DNA from: Candidatus Saccharimonadota bacterium
GTDB lineage: Bacteria > Pseudomonadota > Gammaproteobacteria > Enterobacterales > Enterobacteriaceae
DNA: 32,000 nt
NCBI GenBank assembly: GCA_041941765.1
Contig: CP145869.1
Coordinates: forward strand, 300,001 to 332,000
Direction of reading: 5' to 3'
The notes beneath the pieces were generated by a model. It saw only the letters and a list, made by a program, of their open reading frames with translations. It made no database searches and was not told where the DNA came from. Each line of letters starts with the position of its first letter. Position 1 is the first letter of the stretch. Position numbers and translations under genes: made by a program. Below are positions 11,930-21,612 of this stretch, one piece after another.

Positions 11930-12907
11930 ATGAAAATTTTTATGGGTAATTCTATACCAGATCTCGCACAACAGATTGCAAGTCGTTTATATGTAAACTT
12001 AGGAGATACTTGTGTAGGAAAATTTAGTGATGGTGAAATTAGTGTACAAATTAATGAAAATGTACGAGGTGATGATATCTTTCTAATTCAATCTACTTGC
12101 GCTCCTACTAATGATAATTTTATGGAGTTAATAGTTTTAATAGATGCATTTCGAAGAGCTTCTGCAGGTAGGATTACAGCTGTAATTCCTTACTTTGGTT
12201 ATGCACGACAAGATAGACGTGTACGTTCAGCAAGAGTTCCTATTACAGCCAAAGTAGTTGCTGATTGTTTATGTAGCGTTGGGGTAGATAGAATCTTAAC
12301 TGTAGATTTACATGCTGATCAAATTCAAGGATTTTTTGATGTTCCTGTAGATAATGTTTTTGCTAGTATTATCCTAATTGAAGATATGTTAAAACTTGGA
12401 TTAACTAATCCAATTGTAGTATCACCAGATATTGGTGGAGTGGTACGTGCTAGAGCTATTGCAAAATTATTAAATGATACTGATATGGCTATAATTGATA
12501 AACGACGTCCTCGTGCTAATTTTGCTCAAATTATGCATATAATAGGTGATGTTACAGGTCGTGATTGTGTAATTATCGATGATATTATTGATACTGCTGG
12601 TACGTTATGTCAAGCGGCAGAAGCTCTTAAAAAACATGGAGCTCAACGTATTTTTGCTTATGCAACCCATCCGATTTTTTCAGGAAATGCAGTTAAAAAT
12701 TTACTCCATTCTAATATTGATGAAATAGTAGTATGCGATACAATACCGTTAACTCCGGAGATAAAAAAAATCGGTAAGATACGTACATTAAGTTTAGCCG
12801 GGATGTTATCTGAATGCATACGTAGAATTAGTAATGAAGAATCTATTTCGGCAATGTTTGAGGATGAACCAAATGAAGGGAATCAAACTAATAATTGGAT
12901 TAGCTAA
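11930..12907 (+). CDS. prs: Ribose-phosphate pyrophosphokinase
   Basis: [15 protein letters not shown] aligns with E. coli [71 protein letters not shown] and [33 protein letters not shown] are present. The C-terminus runs 14 codons past the position of the E. coli stop and into pth. Confidence 0.95.
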   Translation: MKIFMGNSIPDLAQQIASRLYVNLGDTCVGKFSDGEISVQINENVRGDDIFLIQSTCAPTNDNFMELIVLIDAFRRASAGRITAVIPYFGYARQDRRVRSARVPITAKVVADCLCSVGVDRILTVDLHADQIQGFFDVPVDNVFASIILIEDMLKLGLTNPIVVSPDIGGVVRARAIAKLLNDTDMAIIDKRRPRANFAQIMHIIGDVTGRDCVIIDDIIDTAGTLCQAAEALKKHGAQRIFAYATHPIFSGNAVKNLLHSNIDEIVVCDTIPLTPEIKKIGKIRTLSLAGMLSECIRRISNEESISAMFEDEPNEGNQTNNWIS

Positions 12908-13466
12908 TCCTGGATTAAAATATGTTACTACTCGTCATAATGCAGGATCGTGGTATGTTAGAAAATTAGCAGAAAATTATAAGAGTAGTCTTAAAAAAGA
13001 AAGTAAACTTTCTGGATATACTACACGTTTATTAATTTACGATCATTTGATACAGCTTTTTATTCCTGATACTTATATGAATAGGTGTGGAAAATCTATA
13101 GTAAAAATAGCTAATTTTTATCAAATTTTACCAGAAGAAATACTTATTGCACATGATGAATTGAATTTAATTCCAGGAAGAGCCAAATTTAAAGTAGGAG
13201 GTGGCCATAATGGTCATAATGGACTAAAAAATATTATTAGCTCATTTGGTGGAATAAAAGTTCATTTTAATCGATTACGTATTGGAATTGGTCGTCCTTC
13301 AGATTCTAAAGAAGTTCAACAATTTGTTTTGGATGAACCATCGAAATCCGATAAAAAACTAATCAATAATGCTATTGATGAAGCTTTATCCTGTACAGAG
13401 ATCTGGTTAAAAGATGGAATAATGAAAGCTATGACTAGATTACATTCTTTTAAAATATCTAAATAA
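12873..13466 (+). CDS. pth: Peptidyl-tRNA hydrolase
   Basis: [22 protein letters not shown] (E. coli [26 protein letters not shown]). HDEL.L.PG.AKFK.GGGH.GHNGLK and RLRIGIG.P are present. SD GAGGA at 12860-12864 lies 8 nt before the ATG. The gene overlaps the prs 3' end by 35 nt. Confidence 0.93.
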   Translation: MKGIKLIIGLANPGLKYVTTRHNAGSWYVRKLAENYKSSLKKESKLSGYTTRLLIYDHLIQLFIPDTYMNRCGKSIVKIANFYQILPEEILIAHDELNLIPGRAKFKVGGGHNGHNGLKNIISSFGGIKVHFNRLRIGIGRPSDSKEVQQFVLDEPSKSDKKLINNAIDEALSCTEIWLKDGIMKAMTRLHSFKISK

Positions 13467-13501
13467 AAATTTTTATTTATTATAAAATAAGGTTATAAAT
13501 A

Positions 13502-14599
13502 ATGGGATTAAAATGTGGTATAATTGGATTACCAAACGTAGGTAAGTCTACAATCTTTAATGCTCTAACTAAAGCTACTGTTGAAGTTGCCAATTTTCCT
13601 TTTTGTACTATTAAACCCCATATAGGGGTAGTACCCGTACCGGATCAACGGTTAAAAAGAATTTCTGACATTATTAAACCAAAAAGTATTATTCCTACAA
13701 CAATCACTTTTATTGATATTGCTGGTCTTATTAAAGGAGCATCTAAAGGCGAGGGATTAGGAAATAAATTTCTTGCTACAATTCGTGAAACAGAAGCGTT
13801 AGTTCATGTAATTCGATGTTTTCAAGATGAAACAGTAGTTCATTGTTCTGGACAACTTAATCCTCTTGAGGATATTAATCTTATTAATACTGAGCTGGCT
13901 CTGGCTGATTTAGAAACTTGTGAAAAAGCTTTATTACGCATGCGAGTTAATAAAAAAACACAATTAATCTTACATAACAATTTAAAATTTAAAACTTTAG
14001 AATCTTGTAGAATTCATTTAGAAAAAGTAGGTACATTACGAGGATTAAATTTGTCTGAAGAAGAAAACTTTACTATTCGAGATCTACATTTTTTTACCTT
14101 AAAACCAATCTTATATATTGCTAATATTAATGAAAATTATCTTCATAAAAAAAATGTTTATGTAGAACAAGTGAAAAAATTTGCTGAACAGCAAGGAACT
14201 ATTGTAATAACTATGTGTGCCCTACTTGAATCAGATGTAGCTCAATTAAAAAATCATGAATATAATGATTTTATGATGGAATTAAGATTAAAAGAATGCG
14301 CACTCAATAATCTCATTCGTGAGAGTTATAAATTACTTAAATTAAAAACTTACTTTACAGTTGGTATAAAAGAAGTTCGAGCCTGGACAATTCCCGAAGG
14401 TACAACTGCTTATGAAGCCGCTAAAAATATTCATTCAGATATCAAAAAAGGTTTTATTAAAGCTCAAATAATTAGTTATGAAGATTTTATAACAACTCAA
14501 GGAGAACAAGCAGCGAAAGAAGCTGGTAAAGTACATATAGAAGGAAAAGACTACTTAGTAAAAGATGGAGATATCATTAAATTTTTCTTTAAAATTTAA
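13502..14599 (+). CDS. ychF: Ribosome-binding ATPase YchF
   Basis: 365 aa (E. coli 363). MG.KCGI.GLPNVGKST.FNALTKA, DIAGL.KGASKGEGLGN.FL..IRETEA, and the TGS-domain end VRAWTIP.G.TA..AA..IH.D..KGFI.AQ.IS.EDFI are present. It follows pth as in E. coli. Confidence 0.95.
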   Translation: MGLKCGIIGLPNVGKSTIFNALTKATVEVANFPFCTIKPHIGVVPVPDQRLKRISDIIKPKSIIPTTITFIDIAGLIKGASKGEGLGNKFLATIRETEALVHVIRCFQDETVVHCSGQLNPLEDINLINTELALADLETCEKALLRMRVNKKTQLILHNNLKFKTLESCRIHLEKVGTLRGLNLSEEENFTIRDLHFFTLKPILYIANINENYLHKKNVYVEQVKKFAEQQGTIVITMCALLESDVAQLKNHEYNDFMMELRLKECALNNLIRESYKLLKLKTYFTVGIKEVRAWTIPEGTTAYEAAKNIHSDIKKGFIKAQIISYEDFITTQGEQAAKEAGKVHIEGKDYLVKDGDIIKFFFKI

Positions 14600-14673
14600 A
14601 AAAATGAATGGACATCTATCTTTTATAAAATTTCATTTTATATTATTCAATACCAACTTCACTTCTATTAATA

Positions 14674-14916
14674 TTAATTTTTAACCTTTCGATATATCCA
14701 TAAAATAATAATAGCACCTATTATTGCTAATAAAATACTTCCAAAAGTAAAATAATCTACGCTTCCAAATTTTAATAAAATACTAATCCCACCGCCTAAT
14801 ACTGCACCTATAATTCCTAGAAGAGTAGTAACTATTATACTTTTATCGGGGATAAAAAATTGTTTCGCTAGCATACCAATAATTAATCCAAAGAAAATCC
14901 AAGATAAAATGCCCAT
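14674..14916 (-). CDS. yeaQ: GlsB/YeaQ/YmgE-family small inner-membrane protein
   Basis: 80 aa. MGILSWI..GLI.G.LAK, LLGI.GAV.GG.IS, the ending GS...A.IGAI..L.IYRK.K and the overall length closely parallel E. coli YeaQ as I recall it. Strong SD AGGAGA (complement of 14922-14927) lies 5 nt before the ATG. Confidence 0.8.
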   Translation of the reverse strand: MGILSWIFFGLIIGMLAKQFFIPDKSIIVTTLLGIIGAVLGGGISILLKFGSVDYFTFGSILLAIIGAIIILWIYRKVKN

Positions 14917-15117
14917 GATTATCTCCTACTTTTTATTAAGATGAAAAGATTTTATTTCACCTATGTGAAATTGAAACTATTTTAAATAGCATGATAGATA
15001 TAAAAACGATCTATGGCAATAATAAATCTAGTTATTTTATGTCATAGAAGTTAAAATAATATAATGATTTTATCATGTTTTTAACATTTATTTTATTTAT
15101 TGATGAGTATACTAATT

Positions 15118-16233
15118 ATGTCTTTAAAAAAAAATAAAAAGGTTATAATAGCTATGTCGGGGGGTGTGGATTCTAGTGTAGCAGCATTACTATTAAAAAA
15201 TAAGTATCAGGTTGTTGAAGGATTATTTATGAAAAATTGGGAAGAGGATGATAATGAATCATATTGTCATTCTTTACAAGATTTAGCAGATGCTCAGGCT
15301 GTGTGTGATAAATTAAATATAACATTACATAAAATTAATTTTTCAGCCGAGTATTGGGATAATGTATTTCAATATGTTTTAGAAGAATACCAGAAAGGAC
15401 GTACACCTAATCCTGACGTTTTATGTAATGAAAAAATTAAATTTAATCTGTTTATGAATTTTTGTTTAGAAGATCTTAATGCTGATTTAATTGCTACAGG
15501 TCATTATGTACGGAAATTAAATATTAATGGTCAGAATAGATTATTACGTGCAATAGATAAAAATAAAGATCAAAGTTATTTTCTATATACTCTGAATCAG
15601 AAACAATTACAAAAAAGTATTTTTCCTATAGGTGAATTTACTAAACCCGAAGTTCGACGTATAGCTAATCAATATAATTTGATAACATTTAATAAAAAGG
15701 ATTCTACAGGAATATGTTTTATTGGAAAAAAAAACTTTCGAAAGTTTCTTGTACGTTATTTGCCAAATCAACCCGGAAATATTGTTAGTACTGATGGTAA
15801 AATTATTGGAAAACATCAAGGACTGATGTATCACACTATAGGACAACGTAAAGGATTAGGAATTGGTGGAATAAAAAATAAAACTAATAATGCTCCTTGG
15901 TATGTAGTAAATAAAAATATAATAAAAAATACTTTAATTGTAGCACAAGGACATAATAATCTAGATTTAATGTCAAAAGGAATGATTGTAAATCAACTTC
16001 ATTGGTGGAATATACAATCATTATATCAAGAACTATTCTGTACAGTAAAAACACGTTATCGTCAAACAGATGTTCCATGTATTATTACTCCTCAAAAAAA
16101 TAATTTAACTAGAATTAGTGTAAAATTTATGATACCTATAAGTGCTATCACCCCTGGTCAATCAGCCGTTTTTTATCATGGCGATTTTTGTTTAGGAGGT
16201 GGAATTATTGAAAAAAGTTTTACATTAGTTTAA
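15118..16233 (+). CDS. mnmA: tRNA-specific 2-thiouridylase
   Basis: From the ATG at 15118: [23 protein letters not shown] (E. coli [22 protein letters not shown]). [49 protein letters not shown] and TPGQSAVFY are present. The track start at 15100 is TTG. Confidence 0.93.
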   Translation: MSLKKNKKVIIAMSGGVDSSVAALLLKNKYQVVEGLFMKNWEEDDNESYCHSLQDLADAQAVCDKLNITLHKINFSAEYWDNVFQYVLEEYQKGRTPNPDVLCNEKIKFNLFMNFCLEDLNADLIATGHYVRKLNINGQNRLLRAIDKNKDQSYFLYTLNQKQLQKSIFPIGEFTKPEVRRIANQYNLITFNKKDSTGICFIGKKNFRKFLVRYLPNQPGNIVSTDGKIIGKHQGLMYHTIGQRKGLGIGGIKNKTNNAPWYVVNKNIIKNTLIVAQGHNNLDLMSKGMIVNQLHWWNIQSLYQELFCTVKTRYRQTDVPCIITPQKNNLTRISVKFMIPISAITPGQSAVFYHGDFCLGGGIIEKSFTLV

Positions 16234-16259
16234 TTATTTTAAATTAGGAGAATTTATTA

Positions 16260-17657
16260 ATGGAATTATCGTTGTTAACTACTATTTCACCTCTTGATGG
16301 TCGTTATGCAAACTTGGTTAGTTCTTTACGAAAGATATTTACAGAATATAATTTACTAAAATTACGAGTGAAAATTGAAATACGTTGGTTACAAACTTTA
16401 GCTAATTTTTCTGATATCAAAGAGATAACTCCATTTGATTCTGAAGAAAACGATTATTTAGAGTATATTATAACCTCTTTTTCCGAATCTGATGCGAAAC
16501 AGATTAAATCTATTGAGACTATTACTAATCATGATGTAAAATCGATAGAATATTTTCTAAAAAATAAACTTCTTCAATCTTCAAAGAAAAACTTAAAATT
16601 AGTTACTGAATTTATTCATTTTGCTTGTACGTCTGAAGATATTAACAATTTATGTTATGCTATAATGATAAAATCTGCTATTACTGATGTAATTTTACCG
16701 CAATGGAATGATTTAATTAATATTATAAGTACTTGGGCTCATAAATATCGTGCCACACCTATGTTATCTCATACTCATGGACAACCAGCAGCTACTACTA
16801 CGGTTGGTAAAGAAATGGCTAATTTTGCTAGTAGAATGATACGTCAATTTAAAAAATTAAAAACTATTGACATTTTTGCTAAAATGAATGGTGCGGTAGG
16901 GAATTACAATGCACATTATGTAGCTTATCCTACCGTTAATTGGCTACAACTTAGTAAAAATTTCGTTAATTCTTTTGGTATTTCTTGGAATCCATATACT
17001 ACACAAATTGAACCTCATGATTATATAGCGGAAATTTTAGATTGTATTAGTCGTTTTAATACAATTTTAATTAATTTTAATAAAGATATATGGGGTTATT
17101 TATCATTAAATTACTTGAAACAAAAAAAAATCAAAGGAGAGATTGGTTCTTCTACTATGCCACATAAAATTAATCCAATTGATTTTGAAAATGCGGAATC
17201 TAATTTAGGATTAGCTAATGCTATTTTAACATATATAGCCAATCAATTACCTATTTCACGTTGGCAGCGTGATTTAACTGATTCTACTCTTTTACGTAAT
17301 TTAGGTGTTGGTTTGAGTTATGGTTTAATAGCTTGGAAAAAAACTTTACAAGGCATTCAAAAAGTAGATATTAATTATCATCAATTATTACTTCAATTAG
17401 ATCATAATTGGGAAATTCTTGCTGAGTCTATTCAAACTGTTATGCGTAAATATAGAATTCCAAATTCATATGAACAACTTAAAGAATTAACCCAAGGTAA
17501 AAATCTTAATAGTAGTGCTATACGTTCTTTTATAGATACACTTTCCTTGCCTGAAATAGAAAAAAATAAACTAAAACATCTAACGCCATTTAATTATGTA
17601 GGATTAGCTATTCAATTAGTTGACCATTTTACTAAGCACCATAATAATGAATTCTAA
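16260..17657 (+). CDS. purB: Adenylosuccinate lyase
   Basis: [35 protein letters not shown], the signature [15 protein letters not shown] and [17 protein letters not shown] are present. 465 aa versus 456 in E. coli. The extra residues are at the C-terminus (...[12 protein letters not shown]). Confidence 0.95.
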   Translation: MELSLLTTISPLDGRYANLVSSLRKIFTEYNLLKLRVKIEIRWLQTLANFSDIKEITPFDSEENDYLEYIITSFSESDAKQIKSIETITNHDVKSIEYFLKNKLLQSSKKNLKLVTEFIHFACTSEDINNLCYAIMIKSAITDVILPQWNDLINIISTWAHKYRATPMLSHTHGQPAATTTVGKEMANFASRMIRQFKKLKTIDIFAKMNGAVGNYNAHYVAYPTVNWLQLSKNFVNSFGISWNPYTTQIEPHDYIAEILDCISRFNTILINFNKDIWGYLSLNYLKQKKIKGEIGSSTMPHKINPIDFENAESNLGLANAILTYIANQLPISRWQRDLTDSTLLRNLGVGLSYGLIAWKKTLQGIQKVDINYHQLLLQLDHNWEILAESIQTVMRKYRIPNSYEQLKELTQGKNLNSSAIRSFIDTLSLPEIEKNKLKHLTPFNYVGLAIQLVDHFTKHHNNEF

Positions 17658-18010
17658 AGAATTGGTCCTAACATACAACCTCCTAAGAGATGCAAATGAA
17701 GATGATAGATTTCTTGACCTCCATGTTGATTACAGTTCATTATTAAACGATATCCTTGGTCAGCAATTTTTTCATTTTTAGCAATTGTTGTAGCAACACT
17801 TATTAATCTTCCAAGCAGAGGTTCATCCTGTCTTTTAATATCATTAAGGGTTGGAATACAAATATTAGGAACTATAATAATATGAATAGGTGCTTTGGGA
17901 TGAATATCTTTAAAAGCAGTAACTAATTTATCTTGATAAATTATATCAGCCGAAATGGTATGGTTAATAATTTGACTAAAAATTGTTTGGTCTAATTGTT
18001 TTTTATTCAT
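17654..18010 (-). CDS. hinT: HIT-family purine nucleoside phosphoramidase
   Basis: TIFS.II......DI.YQD.LVTAF.DI.P.AP.HI.I.PN, GYRLIMN.N.HGGQE.YH.H.HLLGG with the histidine triad HLHLHLL. The sequence ends at GPIL, a few residues short of the E. coli C-terminus. Confidence 0.9.
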   Translation of the reverse strand: MNKKQLDQTIFSQIINHTISADIIYQDKLVTAFKDIHPKAPIHIIIVPNICIPTLNDIKRQDEPLLGRLISVATTIAKNEKIADQGYRLIMNCNQHGGQEIYHLHLHLLGGCMLGPIL

Positions 18011-18804
18011 TTTATTAATAATGGGATTCGAAATAAACGACTAAAATTATTAGTAGTAATGATAGCTAATTCTTCTATTGAGAGATTTTTTAGGTTGGCA
18101 ATTACCTTTGCTATTTGATATAACAATGCAGGATGATTTTCTTTTCCACGATATGGTACAGGTGCTAAATAAGGTGAATCAGTTTCTAGAAGTATTCTAT
18201 CTAATGGAATATAACGTACTATTTCATGCAGATGTATTACATTTTTAAATGTAACGATACCAGAAAAGGATATATAAAAACCTATATCTAGTAATTTTTT
18301 TGCCATTATTATATCTTCAGTAAAACAATGTAAGACACCTCTACATATTTTTGCATTTTCGCTATATAAAATATTTAATGTATCTTGTTTTGCACAGCGT
18401 GTATGAACAATTAATGGTTTATCTAAATCACAAGCTATTTTAATATGTTCTCGAAAAAAACTTTGCTGTTTTTCTTTATTAAAGAATTGATAGTGGTAAT
18501 CTAATCCAGTTTCACCTAGTGCAATTACTTTATTATTATTTTTCACTATAGAGCGTAACTGTTGACAGCATATATTTAGATCATATTTATTAACATATAA
18601 TGGATGTAATCCACAAGAATAAGCAACTTGAGATTTTTGTCCTATTATTTTAACCATATCTATATATTCTGATATAGTAGTTGATACACTTAACATAAAT
18701 TTTACATGATTGTCAGCAGCTTTTTTTAATACATCATCTATATTTTTATGTACATTAATATAATTTAATTGATTAAGATGACAATGAGAATCTACTAAAA
18801 ACAT
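18007..18804 (-). CDS. ycfH: TatD-family metal-dependent hydrolase YcfH
   Basis: 265 aa (E. coli YcfH 265). [23 protein letters not shown] and H.F......A...LD.G.YISFSGI.TFKN....E.....[20 protein letters not shown] are present. It follows holB as in E. coli. Confidence 0.88.
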   Translation of the reverse strand: MFLVDSHCHLNQLNYINVHKNIDDVLKKAADNHVKFMLSVSTTISEYIDMVKIIGQKSQVAYSCGLHPLYVNKYDLNICCQQLRSIVKNNNKVIALGETGLDYHYQFFNKEKQQSFFREHIKIACDLDKPLIVHTRCAKQDTLNILYSENAKICRGVLHCFTEDIIMAKKLLDIGFYISFSGIVTFKNVIHLHEIVRYIPLDRILLETDSPYLAPVPYRGKENHPALLYQIAKVIANLKNLSIEELAIITTNNFSRLFRIPLLIK

Positions 18805-18828
18805 AATAAATGTTATCCTTGTTAATAA

Positions 18829-19857
18829 TTATTTATTTAGATTTGATTGTATTAATTGGTTCCATATAATCAATTGTTTAATTAATAATAATTCTCTAGA
18901 AATTGATGTAATATGTAAGATACGATCTCGACAAATACACCATTGTCTAAAAGTAATTAATAAAGTTTCAGTTGAAATATAATCCGCTAATGTTTTCACT
19001 AGTTCATAATAATCAATATTAATTATATTTTGTTTATTATTATGCTTGAGTTTTAAAGCATCCAATAATAAAGTACATAACCACTCAATTTGTTTAGCAA
19101 CATTTTCATTATTCATTAATGATAATAATTTTATTATTTCTAAATTAAAAAAATTATTTAGGATTTCATTATATATGTTTTTTCTACTTTGCCAATCTGG
19201 CGATTGTAATAAATTTAAAGCTGCAAGAGGTGCTCCATAACTCAATCTTAAGGCTGCAATTAATGTAATTGATGGAATTGTCTTAAGATTTTTATTTTTA
19301 TTAGTTTTTAACCAATTTAATCCCTCTAATTCCGTTGGAGGAAGAATATGCCATGCTTGACAACGACTTCGTAATATAATAGGAATATTCGTTTTTTCCA
19401 AACTATATAAAAAAAACCACGTATTTTGGGGTGGATCTTCTATTATTTTTAGTAATGCATTTACTGCTGATTCTGTTAGTTTAGTTGGTTTTAATATCCA
19501 AATAATTTTGGAGGTGCCTAACGTTGACTTTTGATAGAGATTATAAGAAAGATTTCGGATTTCTTCAATTCCTAAAGTATTTTGTTCTTTTCTTATGATA
19601 TCAAGAATATATAAATCTGGATGATTCATATTATGCATAAGTTTACAATTCTGACATTGTCCACAATTTTGAAGATTTCTATTTCTAAAAGAGCACATTA
19701 ATAAACAACTAATTTTCCATAATAATACTTCTATACCTAAGCCATAGGGTGCATATAATAATAGTGTATGATGTCCGCGGTTCAAGTAATATTGTTTAAT
19801 GATTTGTTGATAAGGGTAATTTAACCACGGATACCAGTCTTTATTTTGGTCCACCAT
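18829..19857 (-). CDS. holB: DNA polymerase III subunit delta-prime
   Basis: WYPWL...Y......Y...RGHH.LL, zinc module CGQCQNCKLM..HPD, SAVNALLK..E.PP.NTWFFL and LRSRCQ are colinear with E. coli HolB. The ATG at 19857 lies 37 nt inside tmk. Confidence 0.85.
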   Translation of the reverse strand: MVDQNKDWYPWLNYPYQQIIKQYYLNRGHHTLLLYAPYGLGIEVLLWKISCLLMCSFRNRNLQNCGQCQNCKLMHNMNHPDLYILDIIRKEQNTLGIEEIRNLSYNLYQKSTLGTSKIIWILKPTKLTESAVNALLKIIEDPPQNTWFFLYSLEKTNIPIILRSRCQAWHILPPTELEGLNWLKTNKNKNLKTIPSITLIAALRLSYGAPLAALNLLQSPDWQSRKNIYNEILNNFFNLEIIKLLSLMNNENVAKQIEWLCTLLLDALKLKHNNKQNIINIDYYELVKTLADYISTETLLITFRQWCICRDRILHITSISRELLLIKQLIIWNQLIQSNLNK

Positions 19858-20468
19858 TCTTCCAAGATTATATGTAAAGATAATTTTACTAAATTCAGCG
19901 GTTGTGTAGCATCAATAACTTTAATACTATTATCTTTTTTAGATCTTAAAAGATAACAGTTTCTAACTTTAGAAAAAAATGATAACGATTCTTTTTCAAT
20001 GCGGTCTAATTTTCCTTTTTTTTGAGCTCTTTTTAATCCTAATTCTGGGGTGACATCTAGATATAAAATGAGATCAGGTACAATATTTTTTACTATGATT
20101 TTACGTAAAAGAGTTAATATTTTGCGGTGAAAATTTCTACCATATCCTTGATAAGCTTCTGTAGATAAATCATAACGATCACTAATAACCCATGTTCCTT
20201 CTGCTAAAGCTGGTTTAATTTTCATTTCAATTAATTGAGCACGCGCCGCATATAACATTAATAGTTCTGCTTTGTCAGTAATTTGTTCTCCTTTAACTCC
20301 ATTTTTAATTAAAAAACGTAATTTTTCTGCTAATGGTGTTCCTCCCGGATCATGAGTTATCATGATATTATTAATAGATTTTTTTTTTAAAAAATCTCTT
20401 ACCATCTTACAAAGAGTTGTTTTTCCTGCACCTTCCAGACCTTCAATAACAATAAAACTATTTTTCAT
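19821..20468 (-). CDS. tmk: Thymidylate kinase
   Basis: FIVIEGLEGAGKTT (P-loop), EPGGT-like DPGGTPLAEKLR, ITDKAE.LM.YAAR.QL.E..IKPALA.GTWVI.DR.DLST.AYQG.GR and LYLDV.PE.GLKRA are present. 215 aa versus 213 in E. coli. Confidence 0.93.
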   Translation of the reverse strand: MKNSFIVIEGLEGAGKTTLCKMVRDFLKKKSINNIMITHDPGGTPLAEKLRFLIKNGVKGEQITDKAELLMLYAARAQLIEMKIKPALAEGTWVISDRYDLSTEAYQGYGRNFHRKILTLLRKIIVKNIVPDLILYLDVTPELGLKRAQKKGKLDRIEKESLSFFSKVRNCYLLRSKKDNSIKVIDATQPLNLVKLSLHIILEEWWTKIKTGIRG

Positions 20469-20502
20469 ATTTATTAATGAGTTGAGTAGCTAATTGGACC
20501 GT

Positions 20503-20525
20503 AGAGATTATTTTTAATAATCTCT
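20503..20525 (-). other. Stem-loop just downstream of acpP (possible partial terminator or stability element)
   Basis: AGAGATTAT (20503-20511), 5-nt loop, ATAATCTCT (20517-20525), a 9-bp perfect stem. It starts 5 nt after the acpP stop on the minus strand. There is no U tract after the stem in the acpP direction, so it is not a canonical intrinsic terminator. Confidence 0.35.
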
Positions 20526-20529
20526 TTAA

Positions 20530-20781
20530 TTAAGAGTAATTGCCTAAATGACTTACTATATAATCAATAGCTGCTTGAACTGTGGTAATTTTTTCTGCCT
20601 CTTCATCGGAAATTTCTGTATTAAATTCTTCTTCCAAAGCCATAACTAATTCAACGGTATCAAGAGAATCAGCACCTAGATCTTCTACAAAAGATGCTGT
20701 ATTTATTACTTTATCTTTATTTACTCCTAGCTGATCACAAATTATTTGCTTAACTCGTTCTTCTAGAGCACTTATACTCAT
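20530..20781 (-). CDS. acpP: Acyl carrier protein
   Basis: EERVK.II..QLGV......[46 protein letters not shown] is almost identical to E. coli AcpP and includes the phosphopantetheine site DSLD. Confidence 0.97.
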   Translation of the reverse strand: MSISALEERVKQIICDQLGVNKDKVINTASFVEDLGADSLDTVELVMALEEEFNTEISDEEAEKITTVQAAIDYIVSHLGNYS

Positions 20782-20880
20782 ACGTTAAATTTTCCTACTC
20801 TTAAAAAAAATCATTTACTTAGTAAATATTATGCAATTTTATCATATAAATATATATATATTTCTCTCGATCAACTTTAA

Positions 20881-21612
20881 TTATACCATATAGATTCCAC
20901 CATTAATATGCAAAGTCTCACCAGTAATATATCCAGCTTCAGCTGAAGCTAAAAAAGCTACTGCATTTGCAATATCCTGAGTACTACCAAAACGACCCAT
21001 AGGAATTTTTGTTAATATTTCTGTACGTTGTTTTTCATTTAATACATTAGTCATATCAGTTTCAATAAAACCAGGTGCTATAACATTAACTGTTATTCCA
21101 TATGATGCTACCTCAAGTGCTAAAGATTTACTAAAACCAATAATACCTGCTTTGGTAGCAGCATAATTGGTTTGTCCTTTATTTCCACTACTTCCTATCA
21201 TTGAACCTATATTAATAATTCTACCAGTATGATTTTTAATCATAGTTCTTATTACTAATTTAGATAAAAAAAATATAGAAGATAGATTGATATCTAAAAC
21301 TTGTTGCCATTCATTCTGTTTCATTTTGATAAGAAAATTATCTTGTGTAATACCTGCATTATTAACTAAAATATCTATATTTCCTAATTCGGAGTTAATA
21401 GTTTTTAAAACGGTTTTAATAGAATTTAGATTAGTAACATCTAAAATAAATCCTTTGCCCCCATTTTTTATTAAAAAAGTATTAATGATATGAACACCAG
21501 ATATATTAGTAGCAGTACCAGCTACTCTTAATCCACGATGAGCTAATGTTTCGGCTATAGCACGTCCAATACCTCTATTAGCACCAGTAACTAATGCGAC
21601 TTGTTTTTTCAT
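20881..21612 (-). CDS. fabG: 3-oxoacyl-ACP reductase
   Basis: 243 aa. ALVTGA.RGIGRAIAE.L, LVNNAGIT.DN, the SDR catalytic region NY.A.KAG.IGFSKSLA.EVAS.GITVN..APGFIETDMT and GETLH.NGG.YM are present. The start overlaps the fabD stop (ATGA at 21609-21612). Confidence 0.95.
   Translation of the reverse strand: MKKQVALVTGANRGIGRAIAETLAHRGLRVAGTATNISGVHIINTFLIKNGGKGFILDVTNLNSIKTVLKTINSELGNIDILVNNAGITQDNFLIKMKQNEWQQVLDINLSSIFFLSKLVIRTMIKNHTGRIINIGSMIGSSGNKGQTNYAATKAGIIGFSKSLALEVASYGITVNVIAPGFIETDMTNVLNEKQRTEILTKIPMGRFGSTQDIANAVAFLASAEAGYITGETLHINGGIYMV

Noticed and set aside
14625-14641. A/T-only hairpin ATAAAAT-TTC-ATTTTAT between ychF and yeaQ as a terminator
   Set aside because: The stem has no G-C pairs, so stability would be negligible. 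Such palindromes are frequent by chance at this base composition. The same applies to 26763-26774 (TATCTATAGATA), 28337-28350 (ATTCTATATAGAAT) and 24893-24904 (AAATCATGATTT).
15607-16078. Two ORFs (79 and 64 aa) antisense to mnmA
   Set aside because: Both are embedded in conserved mnmA coding sequence with low-complexity translations. These are shadow ORFs.
19046-19240. 64-aa ORF antisense to holB
   Set aside because: This is a shadow ORF inside holB with no start-site signals.
20851-20860. (TA)5 microsatellite upstream of acpP, and similar TA runs near 10950 and 28385, as regulatory or phase-variable repeats
   Set aside because: The runs are short, are typical of AT-rich intergenic DNA, and do not disrupt any frame. 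There is no evidence of function.
21287-21493. 68-aa ORF antisense to fabG
   Set aside because: This is a shadow ORF inside the strongly conserved fabG frame.
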